Source of the DNA: a virus | Taxonomy: Duplodnaviria; Caudoviricetes | DNA length: 55,094 bases | Direction: 5' to 3' (one strand) | Virus record (IMG/VR): IMGVR_UViG_3300042997_001345 | Coordinates: 1-55,094 of that record | Part shown: positions 18,354-28,500 of the stretch, piece by piece | Layout: every line of letters begins with the position of its first letter | Position numbering within the stretch: position 1 is the first letter of the stretch | The notes under the pieces: model-generated | The model's input: only the letters and a program-made list of their open reading frames with translations | The model's database searches: none | Told to the model about the DNA's origin: nothing | Translations under genes and position numbers: made by a program

Positions 18354-20619
18354 ACAAATCATCGAACAGTCTGTTCGAATTGCTCGAGACCGACAGCACG
18401 AATATGTGCTAACAGAACACTTACTAATGGCCCTACTGCAACATGCACCATTTAGAGCATGTTTAATCAAATTCGGTGTAGAAATAAATCATTTTGACCG
18501 AGACCTTTCCAAATACCTAGACGGCTTGACTAACTTGGTCAAGGATACACCCGACTTACAGCCCAGAAAAACTAATGGCCTAGAGCGTGTGTTTAATCGT
18601 GCGCTGACACAGGTCTTATTCACTGGTCGTAGAACAGTGACCACAGCAGACTTGTACTTGGCTATTATGGCCGAAAGCAACAGTCACGCTCACTACTTCC
18701 TGCTCAAGTACGGTGTTACTAAAAATGAATTTGTAAAGTTTTGGGACACAAACTACAATCACACTTCGGCCGGCAGCATTACCGATCAGCAGGCCAACGA
18801 GATCTTAGAAGAATACTGCACTAACCTCACAAAGCTGGCCACAGAAGATCGTTTAGAACCGGTAATTGGCCGAGAAACAGAGATTGAAGAAATGGTCACG
18901 GTATTGGCACGAAGATTCAAAGCCAATGTGCTGATGGTAGGTGATCCGGGTGTAGGCAAAACTGCCATTGTGGATGGTCTTGCACAGCGTATTGCTAAAG
19001 ATGATGTTCCCGAATTCTTGAAAGGACACGAAGTCTGGAGCCTAGAAATTGGCTCCTTATTAGCCGGCAGCAAGTATCGCGGCGAGTTTGAAGAAAAGCT
19101 CAAGGATGTGATCAAGGCTTTAGAAAGCAAGAAGAACTGTGTGCTGTTTATTGACGAAGCACACACTATGAAAGGTGCAGGTGCAAGCGGTAACAGCAGC
19201 TTAGACTTTGCCAACATGATCAAGCCGGCTATCACCAAAGGCAGTCTCAAGGTTGTGGCCAATACCACATGGGAAGAATACTACGAATCGTTTGAAAAAG
19301 ATCGCGCACTGATGCGACGCTTTTACAGACTTACAGTGGATGAACCTTCCGCAGAAACCACAGAAAAGATCTTGATTGGACTCAGCCCAAGATTAGAAAA
19401 ATTTCACAATGTCATGATCGACACAGAGGCCATGCTGGCAGCAGTTGAACTGTCGGGACGTTTTATCACTGACAAAAAGAATCCCGACAAAAGCATTGAC
19501 CTGATAGATGCTGCTTGTGCTAGAGAACGTGTCAAAGATGCCGGTACACTCACAGTCACAGCAGACCTAATACGTCAGCAACTGAGCCGTGTAACTGGTG
19601 TGCCTATGGATCGCCTGGAAAATACTACCAGTAAGAAACTCGCAGACCTTGATGCCAATATCAAAGAAAAACTATACGGGCAAGATTCTATAGTTGATCG
19701 AGTGCTGGAGCGTGTGTACATTACCTTTGCTGGTATTGGCAATGAAAAACGACCCATGGCATCATTCTTGTTTATGGGACCAACCGGCACAGGCAAAACT
19801 GAGTTGGCCAAACTGTTGAGCCAAAACTTGGACATGACCTTGCTGAAATACGATATGAGTGAATATCAAGAGAAACACACAGTCAGCAGTTTGATTGGAG
19901 CACCGCCGGGGTATGTAGGCTTCGAAGACGGCAATGTAGGTGGCGGCAAGCTGATATCCGACATCAGCAAGAATCCCTTTAGTATCTTGCTGTTTGACGA
20001 AATTGAAAAAGCACACCCTGATGTCACCAACATCCTGTTGCAGTTGCTGGACGAAGCACGTATTACCAGCAGCAACGGCAAGACTGTAGATTGCAAGAAT
20101 ACCATTGTTATCATGACTTCGAACTTAGGTGCCAGAGACAACGAAAATAATGCGATTGGATTTGGCCAGAGCTTGGAAAAAACTGGTGCCGAAGATCGTG
20201 CCATGAAAGACTTCTTCAAACCTGAACTGCGCAATCGCATTGACTTGGTCTGTAAGTTCAACAAGTTGGATTCTTTGTCGATTAAGAAAGTTGTTGTTAA
20301 GTTTGTGGATGAACTCAAACAGAGCTTAACTAACAAGAATATTCGTTTAAACTTGTCGGAACCTGCTATTGAATACCTAGCAGAACAAGGTTACGATTCC
20401 AAGATGGGTGCAAGACCTTTGAGTCGCAAGATTGATGAGCTAATTCGTGTACCTCTCAGTAAGCGCATCTTGTTTGACAATCTTAAAGACACCACTATCA
20501 CTGTGAATTTAATTGATGGCAAATTGTCATTTGATAACTCTTTTGATCCTAACGAAGGTCGCCCAACTGTAGATAATAATGGATACATTGTCATTGATCG
20601 ATTCAAACCTAGAACGTAA
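18331..20619 (+). CDS. clpA: ClpA/ClpB-family AAA+ chaperone
   Basis: Clp N domain; two ATPase modules (GDPGVGKT/FIDEAH and GPTGTGKT/LFDEIEKAH); KYRGEFEE, GAPPGYVG, GARPL; no ClpB middle domain. Confidence 0.92.
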   Translation: MQNNPEIEQIIEQSVRIARDRQHEYVLTEHLLMALLQHAPFRACLIKFGVEINHFDRDLSKYLDGLTNLVKDTPDLQPRKTNGLERVFNRALTQVLFTGRRTVTTADLYLAIMAESNSHAHYFLLKYGVTKNEFVKFWDTNYNHTSAGSITDQQANEILEEYCTNLTKLATEDRLEPVIGRETEIEEMVTVLARRFKANVLMVGDPGVGKTAIVDGLAQRIAKDDVPEFLKGHEVWSLEIGSLLAGSKYRGEFEEKLKDVIKALESKKNCVLFIDEAHTMKGAGASGNSSLDFANMIKPAITKGSLKVVANTTWEEYYESFEKDRALMRRFYRLTVDEPSAETTEKILIGLSPRLEKFHNVMIDTEAMLAAVELSGRFITDKKNPDKSIDLIDAACARERVKDAGTLTVTADLIRQQLSRVTGVPMDRLENTTSKKLADLDANIKEKLYGQDSIVDRVLERVYITFAGIGNEKRPMASFLFMGPTGTGKTELAKLLSQNLDMTLLKYDMSEYQEKHTVSSLIGAPPGYVGFEDGNVGGGKLISDISKNPFSILLFDEIEKAHPDVTNILLQLLDEARITSSNGKTVDCKNTIVIMTSNLGARDNENNAIGFGQSLEKTGAEDRAMKDFFKPELRNRIDLVCKFNKLDSLSIKKVVVKFVDELKQSLTNKNIRLNLSEPAIEYLAEQGYDSKMGARPLSRKIDELIRVPLSKRILFDNLKDTTITVNLIDGKLSFDNSFDPNEGRPTVDNNGYIVIDRFKPRT

Positions 20620-21289
20620 GGAATGCGGTGATCGGTTATTTTACGATCAGTACCGCTACAGCCTTAAACTGCGTATGAAGGATTTCAGCTGTTTGCGTGA
20701 AATGCGGAAGCCTTTGGTCAGCTTATCGGACGTGATCGAAATTGTTGCTCGCAGATTTGAACAACGTACCAAACTCAGCTATTGGAACCATGACCGGACC
20801 GTACCTGTACGCGATCAATTTGATTTGGTTTGTTTATCGGACTTGTTGACTTTTCTTTGGCCCTTAAAAAATCAGATCAAACTGGTATTTTCTGGAGACT
20901 GGGGATACATCTATTCCAACAACAAAGATTTATTACAGCAAATTGGCAGCAAACATTATATACATGTGTATTATATCAAAGAAGCTGTAGTAGATCGACC
21001 CAAAGACACTATCTTGCTCAAATCCAGTGCCTACAAGTTCAGAAGTTTTTTAAAAGAACGCTTATGGACCTTAGATGACAAGAATCGTATGTTGACTTAT
21101 TTGCAAAATCAACCTGATATCAAAATTGGCAGAGGGTTACAGTATTGGCTTAAATATGAGACACGTTGGCTTTGGACCCGAAGATATCACTACTTTGACC
21201 ATAACGACGCAAAAATAGAGCTGATGTTACAGCTGATTTGTCCTGGAATTGTCAGGACAACAATGCCCATTATTGAGGTAAATAACTGA
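20579..21289 (+). CDS. Hypothetical protein
   Basis: 236-aa ORF overlapping the clpA end. Confidence 0.65.
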   Translation: MDTLSLIDSNLERKECGDRLFYDQYRYSLKLRMKDFSCLREMRKPLVSLSDVIEIVARRFEQRTKLSYWNHDRTVPVRDQFDLVCLSDLLTFLWPLKNQIKLVFSGDWGYIYSNNKDLLQQIGSKHYIHVYYIKEAVVDRPKDTILLKSSAYKFRSFLKERLWTLDDKNRMLTYLQNQPDIKIGRGLQYWLKYETRWLWTRRYHYFDHNDAKIELMLQLICPGIVRTTMPIIEVNN

Positions 21290-21291
21290 CC

Positions 21292-21456
21292 ATGGCAAAA
21301 ATACAAGAAGAAGTAATCGTAATTAAACTAAGCAAGCTAGTTAAAGACAACGGTGACGTTGCCGTCATAGCTACCGATGATATCATCTCTGCTCTGGCAA
21401 GCGTAGCTGAAGAGCTTGCCGGTGCAGGTATTATTGTAGAAGCGGAACGAGCATAA
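21292..21456 (+). CDS. Small hypothetical protein (54 aa, absent from ORF track)
   Basis: MAKIQEEVIVIKLSKLVK...VEAERA; TAAATA at 21279; stop abuts next ATG. Confidence 0.75.
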   Translation: MAKIQEEVIVIKLSKLVKDNGDVAVIATDDIISALASVAEELAGAGIIVEAERA

Positions 21457-21825
21457 ATGAAAACCACCACTCTGCAACTGTTGCCCACCACCACATACGG
21501 CACACCATCGGGCAACTACGATGGCAGTAGCCAAGACTGGGCCGGCGAAGATCAACAGGCTGCCAATTACTATGGCGGGTTTGGTACTCTGCAGACAGTG
21601 GCTTTTTTCCTATTGAATTTTCAAGGCATTATCAAAATTGAAGCTACACTAGATGCTGTTCCTGCTGTGGATTCAGACTGGTTTAAAGTCAGCGAGTTTG
21701 ATTCAGCTTCTAGCGAAATTACTGAAAATTTTTCAAGAAACATAACAGGTTATTTTACCTGGATCCGCGCCAGAGTCGAAGGATTCGAAGCCGGCACTAT
21801 TACCAAACTAACACTAAGTTATTAA
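21457..21825 (+). CDS. Hypothetical protein, probably virion-associated
   Basis: 122 aa, beta-rich, downstream of late-type promoter. Confidence 0.65.
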   Translation: MKTTTLQLLPTTTYGTPSGNYDGSSQDWAGEDQQAANYYGGFGTLQTVAFFLLNFQGIIKIEATLDAVPAVDSDWFKVSEFDSASSEITENFSRNITGYFTWIRARVEGFEAGTITKLTLSY

Positions 21826-21828
21826 CAA

Positions 21829-22260
21829 ATGAATATCTGTTCAATGTCTCTGGTGGCATGTGCTACCGGAGATGATCTTCGATTAGAAATAAAATTAGAT
21901 AATCAAATAAAGTTTAGTCAAATTCTAACAACCAACCCAGAAACAATTTTGTTTGATTTTGCCGACGAAACCGACGATACACATGTCATAGAAATTATCC
22001 TATCTGGCAAACAACAAGATCATACTGTGTTGGACAACGATGGAAACATCGTGTCGGACAGAGTTGTAAATATTTCAGTAGTGAGTCTTGACGGAATACA
22101 ATTGGGACAGTTATTTTTAGACAAAACAGTCTACACCCATAATTTCAATGATACTTCTCAAGAATTGCAAGATCAGTTTTTTGGTGTAATGGGTTGCAAC
22201 GGATGTGTGCGGTTTGAATTTACAAGTCCAGTTTACTTGTGGCTGTTGGAAAATATGTAA
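21829..22260 (+). CDS. Hypothetical protein
   Basis: 143-aa ORF in same operon. Confidence 0.65.
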   Translation: MNICSMSLVACATGDDLRLEIKLDNQIKFSQILTTNPETILFDFADETDDTHVIEIILSGKQQDHTVLDNDGNIVSDRVVNISVVSLDGIQLGQLFLDKTVYTHNFNDTSQELQDQFFGVMGCNGCVRFEFTSPVYLWLLENM

Positions 22261-22275
22261 TTGCTAAATACTAGC

Positions 22276-23136
22276 ATGAAAAAATTAGTTATTGTTCCGG
22301 GTGGATTTCATCCATGGCATGGTGGTCATACAGCACTGTATAACGCCGCACAAGCAGCATTTCCTAGTGCTGAAGTATTTGTAGCATCCACAGACGACAC
22401 TGCTGAACGTCCTTTCCCATTCAGAGTCAAAAAGATTTTGGCACAAGCAGCCGGGGTTCCCGGTAATAGATTTATTCAAGTAAAAAGTCCGTTTCGTGCA
22501 CAAGAAATCACACAAATGTACGATCCTGATACCACACAATTGATTTTTGTGCGTAGCGAAAAGGATCAAGAGGAAATGCCACAACCAGGCGGTGTTAAAA
22601 AGAATGGCGAGTTGGCCTATTTACAACCTTACAAACGAAACGGTCTTGAACCCATGAGTCAACATGGATATATGGCTTATCTACCAGTGGCACAGTTTGG
22701 CGGCGGTATGACATCGGCTACAGAAATACGTGCCAAATGGGCAGGACTGCGTGACGAACAAAAAATTAAACTTGTAAAAGAACTATATCCCAGCACGGTC
22801 AGCAATGATTCAGCAGCTGGCAAGCTTGTTGAAATATTAGATTCTGTATTAACTCAACCAGTTGCAGAAGATTTAGCCCAGCATGTAATTCCTATGGATC
22901 AGCAAAACTTAGTGGCCAATCTAAGCAAAGAATTGGCAAGTTTTGTATCAATGATCAAACGTGGCAATTACATCGAAGCCCAGCAATTACTCAACGGTGA
23001 GATCGCTGCCAGAATGTATGACCTGACACAAACAGACCAACCGTTAGGCAACAGAGCAGAATACACAGAGTTAAGCCCGTTAAGCAATGCCTACAGCAAA
23101 ACTGACTACGTGGAAGAAAAATCTATCGGCCTATAA
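22276..23136 (+). CDS. Cytidylyltransferase-like (HxGH) nucleotidyltransferase
   Basis: IVPGGFHPWHGGH and SATEIR motifs; TAAATA 5 nt before ATG 22276. Confidence 0.8.
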   Translation: MKKLVIVPGGFHPWHGGHTALYNAAQAAFPSAEVFVASTDDTAERPFPFRVKKILAQAAGVPGNRFIQVKSPFRAQEITQMYDPDTTQLIFVRSEKDQEEMPQPGGVKKNGELAYLQPYKRNGLEPMSQHGYMAYLPVAQFGGGMTSATEIRAKWAGLRDEQKIKLVKELYPSTVSNDSAAGKLVEILDSVLTQPVAEDLAQHVIPMDQQNLVANLSKELASFVSMIKRGNYIEAQQLLNGEIAARMYDLTQTDQPLGNRAEYTELSPLSNAYSKTDYVEEKSIGL

Positions 23137-23174
23137 CTCCTCCATTAAATACATACATAATTTAAGAGGAAGTT

Positions 23175-24065
23175 ATGGCTGAACAACAAATCCAAGTAAA
23201 CGTCGACTACTTACGTACTACAAAAGTACATATCTGCATGCCTTGCTACGGTGGCATGCTAACAGAACAAACTTTTATGAGCTATATCAAATGGGCTAAC
23301 ACTTGCCGTCAATTAGGTATTGATTGGACCATAGAAACCATGACCAATGAAAGTCTTATTAGTCGTGCCCGTAATACTTTGGTAGCTAAATTTCTCAATA
23401 ATCCAGATTCAACACATTTAATGTTTGTGGATGCCGACATTGGATGGGAACCGTGGCACTTGTTGGTCATGCTGAATAGAGATGTAGATGTGATCGGTGG
23501 CTTGTATCCTATGAAAACTTTACCAGTCAAGTGGGTCGTGAACGGATTCGACGGTGCCGAAGAAGGTCCAGATGGCCTGCAAGAAGTAAGCAAGACCGGT
23601 ACAGGCTTTATGTTGGTTAAACGTCATGTATTTGAAAAATTAAATGAGCATCCTGCTGTCAAGCCTTTTAACAACGACATTGGTCTCCCGAAAGAATTAG
23701 ATAAACATCTCAAAACTTATTATGATACTGCGGTACGTGAAAATCGTTATTATAGTGAAGATTGGACTTTCTGCGAAAACTGGCGTGACATAGGTGGCAA
23801 AATTTGGGTAGACAAGCGTGTGTTGTTACGCCACACGGGAAGTTATGTGTTTGACTTTGCTGCACAAGAGCCCCTGTACAAGGCCCTGCACGAAATTGCT
23901 GTACAAAATGGCACAGTGCCTGCTGCGGTAGTGGCTGCATCACCACCTGTGGCAGCTACACCTGCTACACAATTGGCTTCCAATGTCACTCCCACAGTCA
24001 TTTCTTCCAACGAGCCAGCCGCTGCTCCAGCAGCTAAAAAAGCCGCCAAGAAAAAAACAGCTTGA
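23175..24065 (+). CDS. GT-A fold glycosyltransferase-like protein with Ala/Pro/Lys-rich tail
   Basis: SLISRARN, HLMFVDADI (DxD), GTGFMLVKR.VF, SEDW.FC; GAGGA RBS. Confidence 0.75.
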   Translation: MAEQQIQVNVDYLRTTKVHICMPCYGGMLTEQTFMSYIKWANTCRQLGIDWTIETMTNESLISRARNTLVAKFLNNPDSTHLMFVDADIGWEPWHLLVMLNRDVDVIGGLYPMKTLPVKWVVNGFDGAEEGPDGLQEVSKTGTGFMLVKRHVFEKLNEHPAVKPFNNDIGLPKELDKHLKTYYDTAVRENRYYSEDWTFCENWRDIGGKIWVDKRVLLRHTGSYVFDFAAQEPLYKALHEIAVQNGTVPAAVVAASPPVAATPATQLASNVTPTVISSNEPAAAPAAKKAAKKKTA

Positions 24066-24069
24066 CCCT

Positions 24070-24645
24070 ATGCAATCTTATGTGATAACATTATTTGAAC
24101 ATGAAAATAGTCAAAGGTTATTACAGGATTGCTTGGCCAGCTGCCGCAAGTGGGGATGGTCAGCAGAGCCATTTCCGGCCACATTAGGCACCGCAGTAAC
24201 AGCCCAGCATTATGAACGTGCTGGGCTTTACCTTAACCCTGCTACCAAAATATATCAACGCCCTGGACATCAAGGTTGTTTCTTCAGTCACTGGTATTTG
24301 TGGCATCGGTGTGTTGAAATAAACGAACCCATTGTCGTACTAGAAACAGATGCTGTAATACAAGGTCCATTGCCGGTGTTGGACCTGTCGAAAGGCATAC
24401 AAAAATTTCATCAAGATCGCGGCACTAAAACAGGTACAACAGGAACTTGGAGCAAAGGAGCACATGCTTATGCACTAAGTCCCGCACACGCCGCAGCATT
24501 GATTAGTGGTATTAAATCAACCGAAGTCAAACCCAGTGACAAGTGTATTGGTACCAGATTTGTGCCGTGGCATCACTGGGATTGGGATTTGGTTGCACTC
24601 AACCTCTCACGTGGTCCTTCGACAACTGCTAAACTTGTTGTTTAG
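24070..24645 (+). CDS. Glycosyltransferase family 25-like protein
   Basis: SYVITL, GCFFSHWYLW, IVVLETDA and GAHAYALSP..A motifs; ATG 24070. Confidence 0.75.
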   Translation: MQSYVITLFEHENSQRLLQDCLASCRKWGWSAEPFPATLGTAVTAQHYERAGLYLNPATKIYQRPGHQGCFFSHWYLWHRCVEINEPIVVLETDAVIQGPLPVLDLSKGIQKFHQDRGTKTGTTGTWSKGAHAYALSPAHAAALISGIKSTEVKPSDKCIGTRFVPWHHWDWDLVALNLSRGPSTTAKLVV

Positions 24646-25543
24646 ACGGGCAGTTATACTGGCATGCCAACACTGGCGATTTTGTTATTTTTTGATAAAA
24701 TTCAATAGTATCGGGTTGTTTTAATAGTTGAGTAATTGTATTCTTTTCTATTTGAAAATTCTTTTGATTTTTACCAAATATTGTTTTATAATAAAATCTA
24801 TGATCTTTCACATAGCAACATGGAACATAATGACCTGTTGCCGATATAAAGTGTTCCCTTCCGCTGGTACACTTTGGATCTATAACAACATTGGTTCCTT
24901 TCATAAGGCTATTTTGTAACGAATATCTCGGTCCGAGAAAATCTGCATCTGGCACAAGATATTGTGTTTTTTCGTCGAATCTGTCACTGGGATCCAGTAA
25001 AAATTCATCTATACCCAAATTCATTGCCAGCTGCTGTGCCTGGTTAATTTGTGTTTGATTAAACGCAAATGGAATAAATTTCCAAACTGTTCGACAACTG
25101 GATTGAGCCATGATTTTAATACCGAGTTCTATGGAAACCCAGTCTGCATTTTTTCTATACTGTGTAAAATTATCTGGAATACCGTCGATAGAAAAATATA
25201 TAGAATCATCTGCAGTTAAAATTTTAGCTGTAATATTCCACCAGTCTGTGTCTTTATAACTACCATTGGTTACCACAGTGATATGGCTGCCGCGATTCTT
25301 TAATTTTTGTAACAAGTCGTGAAATTCTGGATGATATATAGGATCTCCGTAAACTCCGCATAATATAATTTTTAATCCTGTTAAATCAATATCTAAAAAA
25401 TTCATTAAAGAATTGACATTGATACTTTTATTTGTCCAGTGCTGTGGCCATTGGTTAATAAATTGAGTTCTTGCACATCCTTCACACTTTAATGTGCATA
25501 TATTAGTGGGTTCTATATGAAATCCAGTTATTTTATTAATCAT
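24629..25543 (-). CDS. Radical SAM protein with SPASM/twitch-like C-terminus
   Basis: CTLKCEGC (CxxxCxxC), GDP, TNG, FSIDG; C-terminal C...PCC...CQYNC. Confidence 0.85.
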   Translation of the reverse strand: MINKITGFHIEPTNICTLKCEGCARTQFINQWPQHWTNKSINVNSLMNFLDIDLTGLKIILCGVYGDPIYHPEFHDLLQKLKNRGSHITVVTNGSYKDTDWWNITAKILTADDSIYFSIDGIPDNFTQYRKNADWVSIELGIKIMAQSSCRTVWKFIPFAFNQTQINQAQQLAMNLGIDEFLLDPSDRFDEKTQYLVPDADFLGPRYSLQNSLMKGTNVVIDPKCTSGREHFISATGHYVPCCYVKDHRFYYKTIFGKNQKNFQIEKNTITQLLKQPDTIEFYQKITKSPVLACQYNCPSKQQV

Positions 25544-25549
25544 AATGTT

Positions 25550-25568
25550 TATTTAAACGGATTAAATA
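25550..25568. promoter_or_regulatory. Back-to-back divergent TAAATA late-type boxes
   Basis: Minus-strand TAAATA at 25550-25555 and plus-strand TAAATA at 25563-25568 in a 44-bp gap. Confidence 0.55.
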
Positions 25569-25587
25569 CAGTATACAAATAAAGACT

Positions 25588-28500
25588 ATGGACATCAAAG
25601 AGCTCGAAGACTATCGCCTTAGCGATGCTATTAAATTTCACACACATCTGAACCCTCGAATCTGGGGCCGTGACGAACATCTGTTGCCGGAAGTTAGAGA
25701 AAAACTTATGGCCATTGCTGCTGACTTCAAGGAGTTTCTGGGCTTGGATTTAGAAGTTAAAGACATTACCATCTCCGGCAGTAATGCTGCTTACACTTAC
25801 ACAGATCACAGCGACATCGATCTACACTTGGTCACAGACTTGCCCCGAGCAGATGCCAGTGAAATATATCGCGAACTGTTTGATGCCAAAAAATATCAGT
25901 ACAACGATCAGCACAATTTTAAAATTGGCGGATACGATGTAGAACTTTATGTGCAGAACGCCAACGAAAATCCCAAAAGCCAGGGCATTTATTCAGTGCA
26001 GGACAATAAATGGATTAGTGTTCCTAAACGACGCAAACCCGAAGTAGACGACATTTCAGTACGGAGCAAGTACGAAGATCTGGGTCAGCGTATCGAAGCT
26101 GCCATCAAATTGGGCAATCGAGAACAGTTGGATTCTTTGGGCAGAAAGATAAGAGAATTTCGCCAGGCCGGATTAGATAAGACCGGCGAGTTTGGCCCAG
26201 AGAATTTGGCATTCAAAATACTACGCAGCAACGGCACATTGGATCAACTACGTGCTGCCAGATTAGCTGCCCGAGATCAAGAACTCAGTATAGAAGAAGC
26301 CAAGAAAAAGAAAAAGAAGAAAGCATTCCGGTACGGCTTTGGAGGCGTGTTTTTTCCCGGGTATCATTACTATGGGCAAACAGATGCTGCCGCAGACGGT
26401 GGTGGCGGCGATGGTGGTGGTGAAAGTGTAAAAGAATCTGCTGTATTTTTGAATCCCAACGCAGTGATAGTAGGACAAGATCACAATAAACCATTGAATC
26501 TCTCGCCCGACACATTGAAAAAAGTCCAGGCTATAGCTGCTAAACACGGTGCTCGGTACGAAGGCAATGGTAAGGATCGCACTTACACAAAAGGACAGAT
26601 TGACAAATATGTAGGCAGCTGGGACGATGAGGTTGCTAAAACTGCCGGCCCAAATGATCCAAAATGGTTGTATGTTTTGTTTGCCAATGTAGATGAAAAT
26701 AATAGAGTTCAACGAGTTGGTGTTGACGCCCAAGATACAATATTCAATAGATTACTGGCAACTGCCAAGGATAATTCATTCCAAGGAATAGGATTTACAT
26801 CACAAGCACTGCAAAAGTTTTTGTCAATGGCCAGCGAAGGCAAATATGATTTTGTAAATATGAGTCAACAACCTGCTACACAAGAAAATCTCACTCGCTT
26901 TCTCAAAGCAGGAGAGTCCTTGATGTGGCCTAGCAATTGGGAACAATATCCCAACAAGGCAGGAAAAATAGCCAAAGCGGCCACAGTTGATGTTAGAGAT
27001 CAATATCTTGCTACAAGAAAAGCAGGTGTCTACGTCACCGGAAGTGGGCACTTAAAGGCTGTTCAAGATATCACAGGTCAACAAGGTGTGACGGAAGATT
27101 CATACAAAGATACCGGTGGTACTTTTATGGATCGATTGGTTGGCGAGATCATGAATTATCATTCAATGCATGATACATATCCAAAACTCAATGATTTTAC
27201 TAGTGGGGTAAAATCAAAACTGAAATCCTTGGGCAGAGACAAGACAGCTCGACTATTTCAACAAGCACTCAAGCAAGCTGCTGAACAGTCGGGTCAGACA
27301 GGTGTGGCGGAAGAGAGCAAAGGCATACGGGAATCTGCTGACGATCTGCAAACACAGTTGGAAAAGTTTGCTGCATTTTGTGTAAAGAAATTGGGAATTG
27401 AAAATCCTCCTGGCATACAACTAAAACGTGATCCCGAATGGTCACGTCGTAATGCCACATTTGGCCGTTATGTGCCGGGAACCAATGTCATGATCTTGAG
27501 TGTGGCTGATCGTCATCCCATGGACATCATGCGTACCTTGGCACACGAACTGGTACACCGCAATCAGGATGAATATGAACCCATGCCGGTTCATGCCGGA
27601 GAAACTGGCAGTGACTGGGAAAATGAAGCCAATGCTAAAGCCGGCGTGCTAATGCGTGACTTCGGCGAACAGAATCCCGATACCTTTGATAAGAAAGCCT
27701 TGGCGGAAGGTGAGTTAAATGAATATCGCGATGCTCTTTATACTTTTGTAAAGAGTAAATTTCCAACCTGGCCTGAGTATGTGTTAAAAGATTTTTTGTA
27801 TCCACAAGCCAAGGGCATTCGTAACCAAGCCGAGTTGGATGATTTTCTAAAAAGAATTAACCAAGAATTTGGTAATTGTAAATGGACGCTGACTAAACTT
27901 CCAATCACTATGGATATCTTTACACCTAAAACTCAACAAATGATTAAAAGCCGAGAAGGTGGTTCAAGTAATCCTTTTCAAGTACCGCGTGATGCCGAAA
28001 GACATGCACAGCAATCAAAAATGATTCAGCAAAAGGGCGTGAGCACTGAACCAATTATTGTTGCTAAATTATCAAACGGTTATGATTTGATTGAAGGTTG
28101 GCACAGAACTATTCAGCATCTAAAAACATTTCCTGAAGGATACACAGGTCCTGCTTGGGTCTGCACTGGAGCCACATACAAAAGTGAAAGTGTCAATCAA
28201 GGTGTGGCGGAAGCGTCGGAGCAATCACTATCATCAATGGTGGCCCAGGATCAAGCTGAACGCAACGAGTATTCACAATTTGTAAAATCACAAGCAGGTG
28301 GCGACTGGACCAAAGGGGCCAAGATGTATGCCCAACTCAAAAAAAGACCCAGCGATGACATATTCAACGATGCTGCAAGATTAAATCAATTTATGAAAAT
28401 GACGTTTGATTTTGATAAATTCACTGATCAAGATTGGGACAATTATTGGCTATTGGCACAACACAGTGATGACCACCGTGACTTCCAGAAGAATGCGTTA

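Noticed and set aside
18489-20606. Several antisense ORFs within clpA (and likewise within PolB and the TGT-like gene)
   Set aside because: Fully nested opposite well-supported genes and carry no motifs.
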